Shown: positions 7,354 through 15,382, counted from the stretch's first letter. The stretch: DNA of 16,863 nt from Pseudomonadota bacterium (GCA_043767805.1 JAYUGC010000030.1:1-16863), one strand, 5' to 3'. Notes: generated by a model not told the origin, from the sequence alone. Program-made: numbers and translations.

Positions 7354-9122
7354 GCTTTGGCGCGCCTCAATGGATGTGGGTCTTTTTGATTCCCCCGCTT
7401 CTCGTCGCCTTTTTGCTTTGGGCGGAGCGACAAAGGGCGAAGCGCCTCGCGGCCTTCGTTTCGCTGCGTCTCGCCGAAAAGCTCGTGCGCGGTCCGGCCG
7501 CCGGCAAAAGGTGCGTCGGTCTGGCTCTCATCGGTTTGGCGTCTCTGTTTGCGGCCATGGCTCTCGTGCGCCCCACCTGGGGGCATCATTGGGAAGAAGT
7601 GCCCACTAAGGGCCGGGATCTTTACGTCCTTCTCGACGTGTCCAAAAGCATGCTCGCCCAGGACGTTTCTCCCGACCGGCTCACCTGGGCGAAGCGAAAG
7701 ATCCTGGACTTGGCGGCGCTGCTTCCCGGCGATCGCGTCGGAATTCTCGCCTTTTCGGGAAGCGCGTTTCTCGCTTGTCCTTTGACGACTGATAGCCAGG
7801 CGCTTCCTCTCTTTCTCGATGCCCTGGGCCCTGAGTCGACGACGGGGGCGGGCACCGCCATTTCCTCGGCTCTCAATCTCTCGGTGGAGCGGCTTGGGAA
7901 ACAGAAATCTTCGAAGAGTGCCGTATTGCTTCTTTCCGACGGAGAAGACCACGACGGAGGAGCGGAAGCGGCCGCCAAGCGCGCGCTGGAAGCGGGAGTC
8001 ACGGTCTTCGCGCTCGGTATTGGAAAACCGGACGGCGCTCCCATTCCCGAGGCCGGCGGGGGTTTTAAGAAATCCGGGAGCGGTGAGATGGTCATCACGC
8101 GTCTCGACGAGGGAGCGTTGCAAACCATCGCGAAAGCGGGAGGCGGCGCCTATTGGCGCTCGCAACCTGGCGATGGGGACTTGCAGGCGATAGTCGCCGC
8201 GTTCTCCGGCAACGAAGAGGGCGCGGAGCCCACCTCCGGAAAGCGCTCGGTACCCGACGAGCGCTTTCAATGGCCGCTTGTCCTGGTCGTGGTGCTTTTA
8301 CTGCTCGAAGCCGTGCTTCAAGACGGCTTGCCTCGTTTTGCCTGGAAGCGGGTGTCGACCGCGGTACTCCTTCTCTCGAGCGCGTTCGCCCACGCCGCGG
8401 ATTTGAACCAGCTCTACGAAAAAGGAAAATTCATTGAGGTCGAGAAAGCGCTTCTCGACAAGCAGGTCCGTCGCCCCGATGACCCCAAGCTCCTCTACGA
8501 TTTAGGAAGCACGTTATACCGTCAGCAGAAATTCGCTGAGGCCGAGAAGGCCTTTGGCGCCGCGGCGGAACGCTTCGAGGGCGAGGAGAAGGAGAGGGCG
8601 GTCTATAACCGAGGGAACGCCGCCTTCCGTCAAGAAAAGTTCGAGGACGCCATCAGTCAGTATGAATGGGCGTTGTCTCTGAACCCGAAGGATGAGGACG
8701 CGCGCCACAACATGGCTCTCGCCCGTAAGCGGCTCGAGGAAAAAAAGAAAGAGCAGCAAAAGGATCCCAAGGACCAAAAGGACAAGAAAGACCAAAAGGA
8801 TCAAAAAAAGGACGACAAAGGCAAAGAGGAGCAGGGTAAGGACAAGGACTCAAAGCAAGGCGGGCCCGATAAGCCAGACGACAAAAAGAACGGCGCGGGC
8901 GATAAGAAGGACGACAAAGAGAGTCAGGCCAAACAAGAGCAGGCGAACGAGAAGGATAAGACGGACGGCAAGGAAAAGGGCCAGGAGGCCAAGCCCGGAG
9001 ACACCAAGGGCGAAATGTCGAAAGAAGAGGCGCAGGCCTGGTTATCTCGTCTGCGGGAGAAGCGGAATGCGAAACAAGGAAAACCGAAACCGGGAGGCAC
9101 GCCTGGTGGCAAGGATTGGTAG
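7350..9122 (+). CDS. batB: BatB-BatC fusion: vWA domain, TPR repeats and a K/D/Q-rich tail
   Basis: RPTWG, MIDAS DVSKSM, PLTTD, LSDGEDH, ITRLDE, ERFQWPL, then TPRs (YDLGSTLYRQ, YNRGNAAFRQ, DEDARHN), a low-complexity charged linker, MSKEEA and a terminal KDW typical of BatC. Confidence 0.88.
   Translation: MSFGAPQWMWVFLIPPLLVAFLLWAERQRAKRLAAFVSLRLAEKLVRGPAAGKRCVGLALIGLASLFAAMALVRPTWGHHWEEVPTKGRDLYVLLDVSKSMLAQDVSPDRLTWAKRKILDLAALLPGDRVGILAFSGSAFLACPLTTDSQALPLFLDALGPESTTGAGTAISSALNLSVERLGKQKSSKSAVLLLSDGEDHDGGAEAAAKRALEAGVTVFALGIGKPDGAPIPEAGGGFKKSGSGEMVITRLDEGALQTIAKAGGGAYWRSQPGDGDLQAIVAAFSGNEEGAEPTSGKRSVPDERFQWPLVLVVVLLLLEAVLQDGLPRFAWKRVSTAVLLLSSAFAHAADLNQLYEKGKFIEVEKALLDKQVRRPDDPKLLYDLGSTLYRQQKFAEAEKAFGAAAERFEGEEKERAVYNRGNAAFRQEKFEDAISQYEWALSLNPKDEDARHNMALARKRLEEKKKEQQKDPKDQKDKKDQKDQKKDDKGKEEQGKDKDSKQGGPDKPDDKKNGAGDKKDDKESQAKQEQANEKDKTDGKEKGQEAKPGDTKGEMSKEEAQAWLSRLREKRNAKQGKPKPGGTPGGKDW
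8760..8804 (+). repeat. Five imperfect 9-bp tandem repeats encoding KD(P/Q/K)
   Basis: AAGGATCCC AAGGACCAA AAGGACAAG AAAGACCAA AAGGATCAA, in frame within the BatC-like linker. Confidence 0.75.
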
Positions 9123-10845
9123 TTGTCTCTTCCTCTTCTTGGCGGCGGTGGCTTTTGCCGAGCCGTCCATCGAGCTGACCGTCGATCAAAGCGAGGTGCG
9201 GGTCGGAGAAGGGTTCAACGCTCAAGTCGTCGTTCGTGGCTCGCAGCGCGCGGGTGAGCCGCAAATCGACGGCCTTCAGGCGTTCGAGAGCGAGCGGGCC
9301 GGGCAGAGTAGCCAGGTTCAGATCATCAACGGCACCACCACGCTAAGCGTCGTCTTTAATTACGTGCTCCTTCCCAAAGCCGCGGGGACTTTCAATCTCG
9401 GCCCGGCGCGCGCGACCGTGGGCGGCATCGCGGTCGCTTCCGCTCCGGTTTCGATCCGCGTCTTACCGGGTGACGCCCCCACGGCTTCCGGTGCCCGTCC
9501 GGAAGCGAACAAGCCCTACATGGTCGTCGCCGATGTCGACCGGCAGACTGTCTATTTAGGACAGCAGATCGTCTATACGTTTCAATTCTGGAGCCGCGGT
9601 TCCATGCAGAACGCGCAACTTCATCTCCCCGACTTCAAGGGTTTCCTCAAGGAAGAGATTCAAAAACAGCAGCGCCAGTTCAATACGGTAAAGAACGGGG
9701 TGCGCTGGGACGTGAACGAGTTCAAAGTGGCGCTATTTCCGACCCAGACCGGTGACCGCTCCATCGAGCCCGCGAGCCTCGTCGGCGAAGCGTTAGTGGA
9801 AGAGCCGGCCGCCCGGCGCAATTCCCCCTTCGATGATTTCTTTGATAACGGTTTCTTCGGGCGGCGGGGGCAATTGAAGCGAGTGCAGCTGCAGACCCCG
9901 GGCTTCGTGATCAAGGTGCAAGACTTGCCGGCGGCGGGAAAGCCCGCGCATTTTTCCGGCGTGGTGGGCTCCCTGAACGTCCGGCAGAGTGTTTCGAAGG
10001 CTTCCGTCGCGGTGGGTGACTCCGTGACGTGGACGGTGGAGCTCTCGGGCGTGGGCAACGTGAAAGACGCACGCTGGGAACCGTCTCCCGTGACGGCATT
10101 CAAGACCTACGACGATCAGCCGACTTTCCAGCCTTCGATTTCCAATAATCGCTTGGGCGGGACGAAGATCTTCAAGAAGGCGCTCGTTCCGTTGGAGGGA
10201 GGCACGAAGGAAATCGCTCCCATCGAGATTGGCTATTTCGATCCCGAGAAAGCCGCCTATCGCGTCGCGCGGGCGGAAGCGCTGAGCCTGAACGTTTCAG
10301 GTCAAGCAGCGCCGGGCATGGCGGTGAACGCCGGCCGGCAAGCGGTGACCGTTCGGGGCGAGGACATTCTGGCCCCGCGGTGGGAAGCCTCCGAGATTGG
10401 CGAAGACGCTTTGACGACGAATGAGCGCACCCGTCTCATTTGGCTCTGGGCTTCGGGGCCCTTGGGCTTCGGCCTCTTCTGGGGCGTAGTGGTTTGGCGC
10501 CGCCGCCGGCTCGGAGATAGCGGCCAGATACGCCGCTCGCGCGCTTATGGCAGCTTTCGGAAAGCTTCCTCGGAGTGGAAGCAAGCACCGACCTTTGATG
10601 GTCTGGACGGGGCGCTGCGCGCCTATCTCGGCGATAGATTTAATACCGACGGTGGCGCTCTCACGCCGCTCGACGTGCCCGCGAAACTGGGGCCGTACGG
10701 GCTACCGAAAGAGCTGCTCAAAGAAGCGGAGACCGTCCTCGAGCTTTGCGAGCGCGGCCGTTACGGCGGCGGGGGTGACCCCACTATCGCGCGGGAGCGA
10801 ATCAAAAAGCTTGTCGACGGACTCGAGAAAGGAGCGCGGGCATGA
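9106..10845 (+). CDS. batD: BatD family protein
   Basis: Signal peptide (...FLFLAAVAFA-EP), SSQVQIING, VYLGQQIVYT, ALFP, the PFDDFF loop, LP...F-GVVG, GVGN, IGYFDP...Y and a C-terminal TM helix. GTG 9106 is preceded by GGAGG at 9093-9097. The track start at 8692 is an upstream frame extension. Confidence 0.9.
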   Translation: MARIGSCLFLFLAAVAFAEPSIELTVDQSEVRVGEGFNAQVVVRGSQRAGEPQIDGLQAFESERAGQSSQVQIINGTTTLSVVFNYVLLPKAAGTFNLGPARATVGGIAVASAPVSIRVLPGDAPTASGARPEANKPYMVVADVDRQTVYLGQQIVYTFQFWSRGSMQNAQLHLPDFKGFLKEEIQKQQRQFNTVKNGVRWDVNEFKVALFPTQTGDRSIEPASLVGEALVEEPAARRNSPFDDFFDNGFFGRRGQLKRVQLQTPGFVIKVQDLPAAGKPAHFSGVVGSLNVRQSVSKASVAVGDSVTWTVELSGVGNVKDARWEPSPVTAFKTYDDQPTFQPSISNNRLGGTKIFKKALVPLEGGTKEIAPIEIGYFDPEKAAYRVARAEALSLNVSGQAAPGMAVNAGRQAVTVRGEDILAPRWEASEIGEDALTTNERTRLIWLWASGPLGFGLFWGVVVWRRRRLGDSGQIRRSRAYGSFRKASSEWKQAPTFDGLDGALRAYLGDRFNTDGGALTPLDVPAKLGPYGLPKELLKEAETVLELCERGRYGGGGDPTIARERIKKLVDGLEKGARA

Positions 10846-11528
10846 GGTTATTGATTGGTCTTTTTCTCTTCGCCTCGGCCGCTCACGCCACTCCTCTGGA
10901 GGAAGCGAAGGCCGCCTATGAGTCGGGGCATCCGGAAGGTGCCGTCGACGCGCTCGAAGCCATGGAGGAGACGCCAACGAGCGGGTCCTTACAGGCCTCG
11001 CTCGGCGCCGCGTGGTTCAAGAAGGGCGACATCGGGCGCGCGATTTTTCACTTGAGGCAAGCCGCGACCTTTCGGCCGCGAGACGCCGATGTCCGCTACA
11101 ACTTGAGCTTCGTACGTAAGAGCGCTAAAGATCGGCTCGACACCACGGGCCCTTGGGTGGCCTTGCCCTTCTCGGAAAAAGAGATGGCCTGGGCCGGTAG
11201 CCTCTTGTCGGTTCTCGCGGGCCTGCTCGGCATGGCGTGGGTTCTCCTCCGAAAGCCTTGGGCGAAAACGGCGGCGCTTTCGGCGGCGGCCATCGCGGGG
11301 GTCGCCGCCATCGGCGCGCTCATGACTTACTCCGCGAATCGCCCCTTTGGCGTCGTGACGGCGTCTGAAGCCGCCGTGCGCAGCGGTCCGGGAGACTCCT
11401 ACACGCATCTCTTTAGCCTGCATCCGGGCGCCGAGTTCGATCGGCTCGGAGACTCGAAGGGCTGGTCGCAGATTCGGCTTTCCGACGGCAAGCGCGGCTG
11501 GGTGGATAGTAAGCTTGTGGTTTTCTAG
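10842..11528 (+). CDS. batE: BatE-like TPR plus SH3 domain protein
   Basis: Signal peptide, TPR (LGAAWFKKGDIGRAI...PRDADVRYNL), two TM helices and a bacterial SH3 domain (VRSGPG...LHPG...W-QIRLSDGKRGWV). ATGA overlap with batD. Confidence 0.88.
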   Translation: MRLLIGLFLFASAAHATPLEEAKAAYESGHPEGAVDALEAMEETPTSGSLQASLGAAWFKKGDIGRAIFHLRQAATFRPRDADVRYNLSFVRKSAKDRLDTTGPWVALPFSEKEMAWAGSLLSVLAGLLGMAWVLLRKPWAKTAALSAAAIAGVAAIGALMTYSANRPFGVVTASEAAVRSGPGDSYTHLFSLHPGAEFDRLGDSKGWSQIRLSDGKRGWVDSKLVVF

Positions 11529-12889
11529 GCCGAAGAGAACGTGCCGTGAATGGGAATGGGAAGGCGCGCGGGAAGCCTGAGGCGCGTCACCGGGCCCGCC
11601 TTCAAGTTCGCTTTGGCGAAGATCCAGACTTCGCTCGCGGGTCCGCCCGCGACAAAAACGGTGACGTAGGTACCGGCGAGAACCGGATCGCCTGCGAAGT
11701 GCTGGCCTTCGGGTAAGCGAAAGACTTCGCTTTTGCCTCCGTCCCAGCGCCAAAGCTCGTCGTGAAACTTCATTTCCGTGCGGTCAGAGACCGAGCAGCC
11801 GAGTCCCCAGACGGCCCGGGTTTCCTGACCCTCGGCCCCGGGCTCGAGAACGGGGAAGTCGGGCATGCGATCGTAATCCCAAAGCAGGCGACGCTCCACC
11901 TTGGTTTCGGTCAGCGTGTAGCGGGCGAGCTCGGCCTTCATGGGGCGCTGAAAGAAGCGGTCGAAGGCGAAGTCGGCGTAGAGCGGGCTCGAATGCTCGA
12001 GTACGTCGAGGTGGGTCGCGCCGTCCTTTTCAAAGGCGTTGACCACGTGCATGGCGTAGCGGCCTTCGACCTCGAGCCGCCGCACGACTTCTAGACTATT
12101 TCTGTCGACGAGCCAGAGCCGCAGGCCTCGCTCGGGCCGCCAGGCGTAGCAGTCCACCACGGGACGGCCGCGGGTGAGCTTTCCCATGTCGAAGAAGTAG
12201 GGCGGCAGATGAAAGACGAGGTGGCGCGACGTAATCGCAAAATCATGAGCCGAGCGCGGGCCATCGAGGCTGGCCGCGCCCGTGCGGTTGGTTTTCCCAA
12301 ACGAATAGTAGTGCAGGCGGGGGCGAGTGGGATGGTACTCGATGCCGAAGTTCAGCATTTCGTTTCCGTCCATTTTGGCGTGCGCCGAAAAGGGAGCCGC
12401 GCCGGCAAGTAAGCCGCCGAAATTGTCCTCGCCTAGGGTCTCGAGGGTGCGCGGATCGATTTCAACCGGTGCGCCCTGCTCGGCGAAAGCGAGCAGCCGT
12501 TGGCCATGGAAGCGAACGTGGATGTTGGCGGGGGATTGGGTGGCAACGCCGTCTTTGAGCTGATCGCCCGGGAAGCTCGTGCCGAAGCCGCGAAAGAGCG
12601 CGCTCTCGGCGGCGGCTTCCTCGCGGCGCTTGGTCGTTTGCACGAAGCGGCTTTTTAGCCACGCCGTCCCGCCGGAGATCCAAAGCCCCGTGAGAAAGCC
12701 GTCGCCGTCGAGCCAGTGGTGGTAGGCGACGGACCCTAAGCGAAAATTTCCCGGCCGGTTGTGATAAAGGGTGCCGCGGATTTCCAGTGGGATCTTTCCG
12801 CTGATGACCGTCACCGGACAATCGAGCTCGACGCCCCGGGGAAAAAGGGACTCGACGAGAGAGGTTTTGGCGCGCAGAGCGGCAAGCAT
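11525..12889 (-). CDS. Carotenoid oxygenase / RPE65 / lignostilbene dioxygenase family non-heme iron enzyme
   Basis: GKIP-EIRGTLYHNRPG, HWLDGDG, SRFVQT, ANI, and four Fe-ligand His motifs (SAHAK, AHDFAIT, MHVVNAFE, IHGTF). Start placed at ATG 12889, 2 nt after the upstream stop, giving 454 aa. Confidence 0.9.
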   Translation of the reverse strand: MLAALRAKTSLVESLFPRGVELDCPVTVISGKIPLEIRGTLYHNRPGNFRLGSVAYHHWLDGDGFLTGLWISGGTAWLKSRFVQTTKRREEAAAESALFRGFGTSFPGDQLKDGVATQSPANIHVRFHGQRLLAFAEQGAPVEIDPRTLETLGEDNFGGLLAGAAPFSAHAKMDGNEMLNFGIEYHPTRPRLHYYSFGKTNRTGAASLDGPRSAHDFAITSRHLVFHLPPYFFDMGKLTRGRPVVDCYAWRPERGLRLWLVDRNSLEVVRRLEVEGRYAMHVVNAFEKDGATHLDVLEHSSPLYADFAFDRFFQRPMKAELARYTLTETKVERRLLWDYDRMPDFPVLEPGAEGQETRAVWGLGCSVSDRTEMKFHDELWRWDGGKSEVFRLPEGQHFAGDPVLAGTYVTVFVAGGPASEVWIFAKANLKAGPVTRLRLPARLPIPIHGTFSSA

Positions 12890-12891
12890 CG

Positions 12892-14643
12892 CTATCCCGT
12901 GGGTCGCATTTTCTGGGCAGAAAGCGGATGCCAGAAGGCTTTGAGCGCCGAGGAGTCGAGTTTCCAGGAGTAAGTGCCATGCGCCGCGGGGAGCGAACGG
13001 TGCCGCTCCACGATGGCTTTGGGATCGAAGATCGCTTGCTCGAGATGAATGCTCTCGACGAAATCCTTGTGCGTGATGAGCTGCGGATCCCCCGCGACCA
13101 TGGCGGTGACGTGAGCGACGGTGAAGCGAGCGAGCTCGCGCAAGTTCTCGAGCTGGGCGTCCAATTGCCGCAAGGTCTCCGCAATGCCGACGCCGACCTG
13201 ATAAAACATTTGCTCGGCTTCTTTCAGAGTCGAAAGGCTCGAGAGCTCGTGAAAGAGAGGGCCCGCGTGCTCGCGGCCTTCCCGTTTCTTCCATTGGTAA
13301 TAAGCGCTCAAGAACTCGTGCATGCGTCGATTGAGTGCCCCCAAAGCGGCGAAGCGCTCCAGAAAAGGAAGAATGAAAGCTTGCTGCACGAAGAGCTCGT
13401 TCACGAAGGGCAGCACGAAGAACGAGAAATAGATGGAGAGCTCCCAGGTATACTTCAGGCAAAACGATTCCTGATCGCCCAGGCAATCGTAGCTCGTGTC
13501 GTAGCCCGGAAGGAAAGCCTCGTAGAGAGACTTCATCAAAAGCTCGTACAGAAATTGATGGGCCTCGTACTGGTCGGCGGGAAGCTTGGTAATGGCGTGG
13601 GTGATGAGCGTGTTGTGAAGCGCGATGAGATCACTTCCTGGGCTATAAAGCGGATCGGAGAAGCGCCCGGCCTCGCCACTGAGCGCCCAGCGGTTTTTGC
13701 CGAGCGTCTGGGTCGCGCCGTACGAGTAATCCCGATAAGAACCGCTATCCGTGATGGGGCGGTCTTTGAGCTCCCTCTCAAATAGCGGGAACTCTTTAAA
13801 CAGCCACGCGAGGAGCCGTTGCGGCGTCGAGACTTTGTCATGGTCGATGCATTTGGTGTCGTACACCAAGCCAAAGCTCGTTTTGTGCTGGAGCGGAATC
13901 ACCCAGAACCAGAATCCCTCGCCGACGAAGTGATTGGTGGCGAGCCACTGCGGGAGGTGGCCGGTCTGCCGGCGATCGGGACTCAGTCTCTGGTCGCGAG
14001 GGCTCTTGTCGGTGAGCTTCTCGATATTGACGATGCCGTCGACCCAGAAGAAGGACGTCCCATGCCGGACGTCGTTCTTTTGCTCGAGCCCGAGCTGCTG
14101 CTTTAAGAAGGAGCCGCGGCCGGAGGCGTCCACTACCCAGGTGGCGGAGCAGGCGTGCTTCGTCTTGTTCTCACTGAAAGAGAGCGCGTGGTCGTCGGTG
14201 TCTTTGAGCTCCACTTTGAGATCGGACGTGCCGACCACGAAATCCACCTGAGGATTTTCCCGGGCCAGCCGCGCGAGCTCGCCTTCGAAGGTGTTTCGAT
14301 CGAGCTGATAGCAGGGGATATTGGAAATCTGGCGGAGATAGGCCTGGCCGAAGTCCTCGAACTGGTCGTTCTTCTTGCCCGGGGTTCTCCAGTAAAAGCG
14401 CAGGTTGTACTTCATGAGCTGGTCGTGGAGGAGATACTCCTCGAGCTCCAGCACCTTGCCGAAATAGTAGCCCCCGACTTGGACGGTGGACTCGCCGACC
14501 TTTTGTTTCTTGGGTGGAACGTCGGGGCGCCGCTCCAGCAGCAGCACTCGCTTGTCGGAGCTCATCGTAATCTGGCGCGCGAGCGTAAGCCCAGCGAGGC
14601 CAGCGCCAAAGATGGCGACGTCGTAGTGAGACTTGATAGGCAT
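12892..14643 (-). CDS. Flavin-dependent halogenase-like FAD oxidoreductase
   Basis: GAGLAG FAD motif, KVGESTV, Lys78 in LMKYNLRFYW, LDRNTFE, VVDASGR, WFWVIP (WxWxIP) and FSDPLYSPG (FxxPxxSxG). Confidence 0.82.
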   Translation of the reverse strand: MPIKSHYDVAIFGAGLAGLTLARQITMSSDKRVLLLERRPDVPPKKQKVGESTVQVGGYYFGKVLELEEYLLHDQLMKYNLRFYWRTPGKKNDQFEDFGQAYLRQISNIPCYQLDRNTFEGELARLARENPQVDFVVGTSDLKVELKDTDDHALSFSENKTKHACSATWVVDASGRGSFLKQQLGLEQKNDVRHGTSFFWVDGIVNIEKLTDKSPRDQRLSPDRRQTGHLPQWLATNHFVGEGFWFWVIPLQHKTSFGLVYDTKCIDHDKVSTPQRLLAWLFKEFPLFERELKDRPITDSGSYRDYSYGATQTLGKNRWALSGEAGRFSDPLYSPGSDLIALHNTLITHAITKLPADQYEAHQFLYELLMKSLYEAFLPGYDTSYDCLGDQESFCLKYTWELSIYFSFFVLPFVNELFVQQAFILPFLERFAALGALNRRMHEFLSAYYQWKKREGREHAGPLFHELSSLSTLKEAEQMFYQVGVGIAETLRQLDAQLENLRELARFTVAHVTAMVAGDPQLITHKDFVESIHLEQAIFDPKAIVERHRSLPAAHGTYSWKLDSSALKAFWHPLSAQKMRPTG

Positions 14644-14655
14644 GGGGATATTTGA

Positions 14656-14664
14656 ATTTTACCA
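14656..14664 (-). promoter_or_regulatory. Candidate extended -10 promoter for the halogenase-CCO unit
   Basis: Minus strand reads TGGTAAAAT (TGnTAnnnT) 12 nt before ATG 14643. No good -35 and no SD are visible. Confidence 0.35.
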
Positions 14665-14692
14665 TAGGGAGCGGGTGGCCCAGCGGGTCATA

Positions 14693-14720
14693 GTAAGTGA
14701 TTGCAATAACAGGGACTTAC
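14693..14720. promoter_or_regulatory. Spaced inverted repeat GTAAGT-N16-ACTTAC
   Basis: GTAAGT at 14693-14698 and ACTTAC at 14715-14720, in the AT-richer divergent intergenic region. Confidence 0.35.
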
Positions 14721-14780
14721 AAAGAGGACTTTTGGGAATTCCGCACTTGAGTTAGAACCGAAGCTTCGGAGGGGTTTCCC

Positions 14781-15272
14781 ATGATAAAGCAGATTTTCGG
14801 TTTGGTTCTTTTGGTTTTGGTAGCCGGTTGCGGTAAAGACGCAGTCGTCACCAAGGATCCGAAGCTAGAGGCCGAGCAGGCCAACCGCGAATTCATGTTG
14901 AAGCTCGTCAACGAAGCACGCGCCGAAGGTCATCTCTGCGGGACGGAGCAGATGGCTCCGGTCGGTCGGCTAAAATGGAACTCTCTTCTAGAGAAGACCG
15001 CGGTCGGATACGCCCAGTATATGTCGGACAAAAATTTCTTCGCGCACGAAGGTTTGGACGGCAGCAAGCCGGCGGACCGGGTTACCAAAGCGGGGTATCG
15101 CTGGAGCGTCGTTGGGGAGAATATCGCGAAGGGGCAGACCTCGATTCGCGAAGTCGTCGAAGGCTGGCTGAAAAGCCCCGGTCATTGTGTAAACATCATG
15201 CGCCCCCAATTCTCCGAGCTCGGCGCCGGCCGCTTCAAGAACTACTGGGTCCAAAACTTCGGCCACCCGTAG
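14781..15272 (+). CDS. CAP (SCP/YkwD-like) domain lipoprotein
   Basis: Lipobox LVAG-C, LVNEAR...CG, FFAH-G-DGS, GENIA-GQ, WLKSPGHC-NIM and YWVQNFG. GGAGG upstream of the start. Confidence 0.93.
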   Translation: MIKQIFGLVLLVLVAGCGKDAVVTKDPKLEAEQANREFMLKLVNEARAEGHLCGTEQMAPVGRLKWNSLLEKTAVGYAQYMSDKNFFAHEGLDGSKPADRVTKAGYRWSVVGENIAKGQTSIREVVEGWLKSPGHCVNIMRPQFSELGAGRFKNYWVQNFGHP

Positions 15273-15297
15273 CCCCGGGCGCGCTCTCGCTCCTTCG

Positions 15298-15322
15298 AAC
15301 CCGCGGAGTGCGGGGTTTTATT
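15298..15322 (+). terminator. Possible terminator for the CAP gene
   Basis: AACCCGC-GGAGT-GCGGGGTTTTATT: a short GC stem followed by T-rich sequence. Confidence 0.35.
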
Positions 15323-15330
15323 GCGGGCGT

Positions 15331-15368
15331 AAAAAAGCCCCCGACCGCTGTTAGGCGACCGGGGGCTC
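15331..15368 (-). terminator. Rho-independent terminator of ahcY
   Basis: Minus strand AGCCCCCGGTCGC-CTAACA-GCGGTCGGGGGCT-TTTTT: a 13-bp stem with two G-U pairs and a U tract, about 15 nt past the stop. Confidence 0.8.
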
Positions 15369-15382
15369 TTAAAGAATTGAGA

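Noticed and set aside
4145..8270. Several long minus-strand ORFs (4145..4906, 4950..5567, 6424..7329, 7326..8270)
   Set aside because: Antisense shadows of well-supported moxR/bat genes.
8692..9105. 138-codon upstream extension of the batD frame, with A-AAA-AAG heptamers at 8741-8747 and 8804-8810, suggesting a frameshift fusion of BatBC to BatD
   Set aside because: A -1 slip enters the wrong frame because batD is +1. The frame is open because the DNA is T-poor, and batD has its own SD, GTG and signal peptide.
12890..13486. 199-codon N-terminal extension of the CCO ORF inside the halogenase gene
   Set aside because: An Arg/Ala-rich off-frame translation with no CCO features. The family motifs begin only after ATG 12889, and no slippery site was evident.
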